From Chiloscyllium plagiosum (taxonomy: Eukaryota): 64,000 bases of DNA. Shown in pieces: positions 62,281 through 64,000 of this stretch. A model generated the notes under the pieces. That model was not told the DNA's origin, made no database searches, and saw nothing but the letters and a program-made list of their open reading frames with translations. The stretch's first letter is position 1. Every line of letters begins with the position of its first letter. The position numbers were made by a program, and so were the translations under genes. The DNA lies in NCBI RefSeq assembly GCF_004010195.1, contig NC_057754.1, forward strand, positions 10,079,562-10,143,561, read 5' to 3'.

Positions 62281-63084
62281 CACTAGGATTCCAGACCACT
62301 GACCGGTTTCTTTCAGAATGTTCAACCTAAGAATTCTGAAATAAAACCTGAAATGGAGGAAACATTCAGTTGGTCTGGCAGCAAATGAGGATAGAAAGCA
62401 GAGTTAATATTTTAGGTCCAATGACGCTTCTTCAGAATGTGGGTTCACCACATTTAATGAGCCAATTGACTGTCACTTAATAATTTGAATTGTTTCCTAT
62501 CTGTAAATCTTTCCCATCCTATGCCCTAAAAAAGTTCATATAAAATTACACTGTACACTGTTCATATAAAACAGGCCCTTTGGCCAGAGCTAGAACTCCT
62601 ACTCATAGGCTTCTCCTTCTATCCCTTTGACCTTACCTCAGCCTTTCAGCTTCTCTTTATATTCCCATTTCTCATATGTAATCATCTAACTTTCTTTTGA
62701 AAGTATCTCAGCTTTTTACCTGAAACACTTTCTGAGGTAGTGAGCTCTATACTCTATCCAGAGTGTAGAAACACATTTCTTATTTCCTTGTTGGATTTAT
62801 GAGGAACTGTCCGGTGGTCATGACCCCAAGCTTCGGATCTTTCCCACAGATGGAAACATTGTCTCCAAAGTCCTACATGGCAGACTGGACATAAAAATAA
62901 AACTCACAAGATCCAAGTTACAAATCCAAGATCCAAAATTGATTCAATGGCAGGAAGCAATGAATGATGGTTGATGAGTTATTTTTGTGACTGGATGGCT
63001 GTTTTTAGAAAAGTTCCACTTAGCTCAGTTCTGACTTCTTCATTCATGAATGATACCTTTAATCTAGATGAGATGTAGGGACAA

Positions 63085-64000
63085 AGCATCATAGAGCATG
63101 GAAACAGATCCTTCCGTCTAAGCAGACCATGCCAAACATAATCTCAAACTAAACTAGTCTCATCTGTCTGCTCCTGGCCCATTTCCCTTCAAACCTTTCC
63201 TATTCATGATCTTATCCAAATGTCTTTTAGACATTGTAATTCAACCACTTCCTCAGCAAGTTCTTTCCACATGAACCACCCTCTGTGCAAAGAAATTGCC
63301 CCCATATCATTTTAAATCTCTCCTTTCACCTTAAAAATGTGTCCCCTTGTCTTGAAATCCCTCATCCTAGGGAAAGGACAGCTTCCATTAACCCTACATA
63401 TGCCCTTCATGGTTTTATAAACGTCTATAGTCACCCCTCAATCTCCTACGCTTCAATGAAAAACTCTCAATAACTCAAACCTTCCATACCCAGCAACATC
63501 CCGGTAAATCTTTTTTTGAACCTTTTTAATAATATCCTTCCTGTAATTGGGCGCCCAGAACTGGACACGGTACTCTAGAAGAGGCCTCACCAATGTCTTG
63601 TACAACCTCAACGTGACATCCCAACTCAAACTCTCAATAACTCAAACCTTCCATACCCAGCAACATCCCGGTAAATCTTTTTTTGAACCTTTTTAATAAT
63701 ATCCTTCCTGTAATTGGGCGACCAGAACTGGACACGGTACTCTTGAAGAGGCCTCACCAATGTCTTGTACAACCTCAACGTGACATCCCAACTCCTATCC
63801 TCAAAATGACGGAGCAAGGAAGGTAAGCATGCTAAATGCCTTTTTATCCACCCTATCTATATGTGATGCAAACATCAAAGAATTGTATACCTGAACCCCT
63901 TGGTCCCTCTGCTGTACAACAGTACCTAAGGCCCTAGTAATAATTGTATAAGTCCTACCCCGTTTGTTGTACCAAAATGCAATACTCACATTTATCCAGA
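63085..64000 (-). mobile_element. CR1 3' fragment with an internal ~167-bp tandem duplication (63461-63627 / 63628-63794)
   Basis: LRLYKTLVRPLQEYRVQFWSP; near-identical direct copies. Confidence 0.85.

Noticed and set aside
63461..63794. Functional significance of the 167-bp duplication
   Set aside because: It lies in a dead CR1; a simple duplication or an assembly artefact

Overview
Eukaryotic, repeat-dominated DNA, very probably from a shark (HE1-type V-SINEs with (TAATC)n tails, shark-type CR1 LINEs, 'MEKPWKC' C2H2 genes); the taxon is inferred. One intact protein-coding gene is evident: a C2H2 zinc-finger gene (CDS ~38338-39654, 14 canonical fingers and 1 degenerate one, no KRAB/SCAN) with a CpG-rich promoter and a probable non-coding first exon. 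Two ZNF pseudogenes (~47.5 kb, ~53.7-54.8 kb) and two more promoter-like regions (~7.9-8.2 kb, ~45.7-46.1 kb) suggest a birth-and-death ZNF cluster. The rest is nested retroelements: Tx1, CR1, RTE and L2/CR1-type LINE fragments, SINEs, solo LTRs, a decayed Gmr1-type Gypsy (PR-IN-RT-RH order, SCAN-like gag) next to the ZNF gene, and many Penelope-like (PLE) fragments. The strongest non-obvious signal is a dense set of short, TSD-flanked fold-back PLE derivatives from about 4 families. They carry minimal hammerhead-ribozyme cores, and several fold back at the ribozyme motif itself. There is one assembly gap (24943-25148). Boundaries of old repeats are approximate and no database searches were run.
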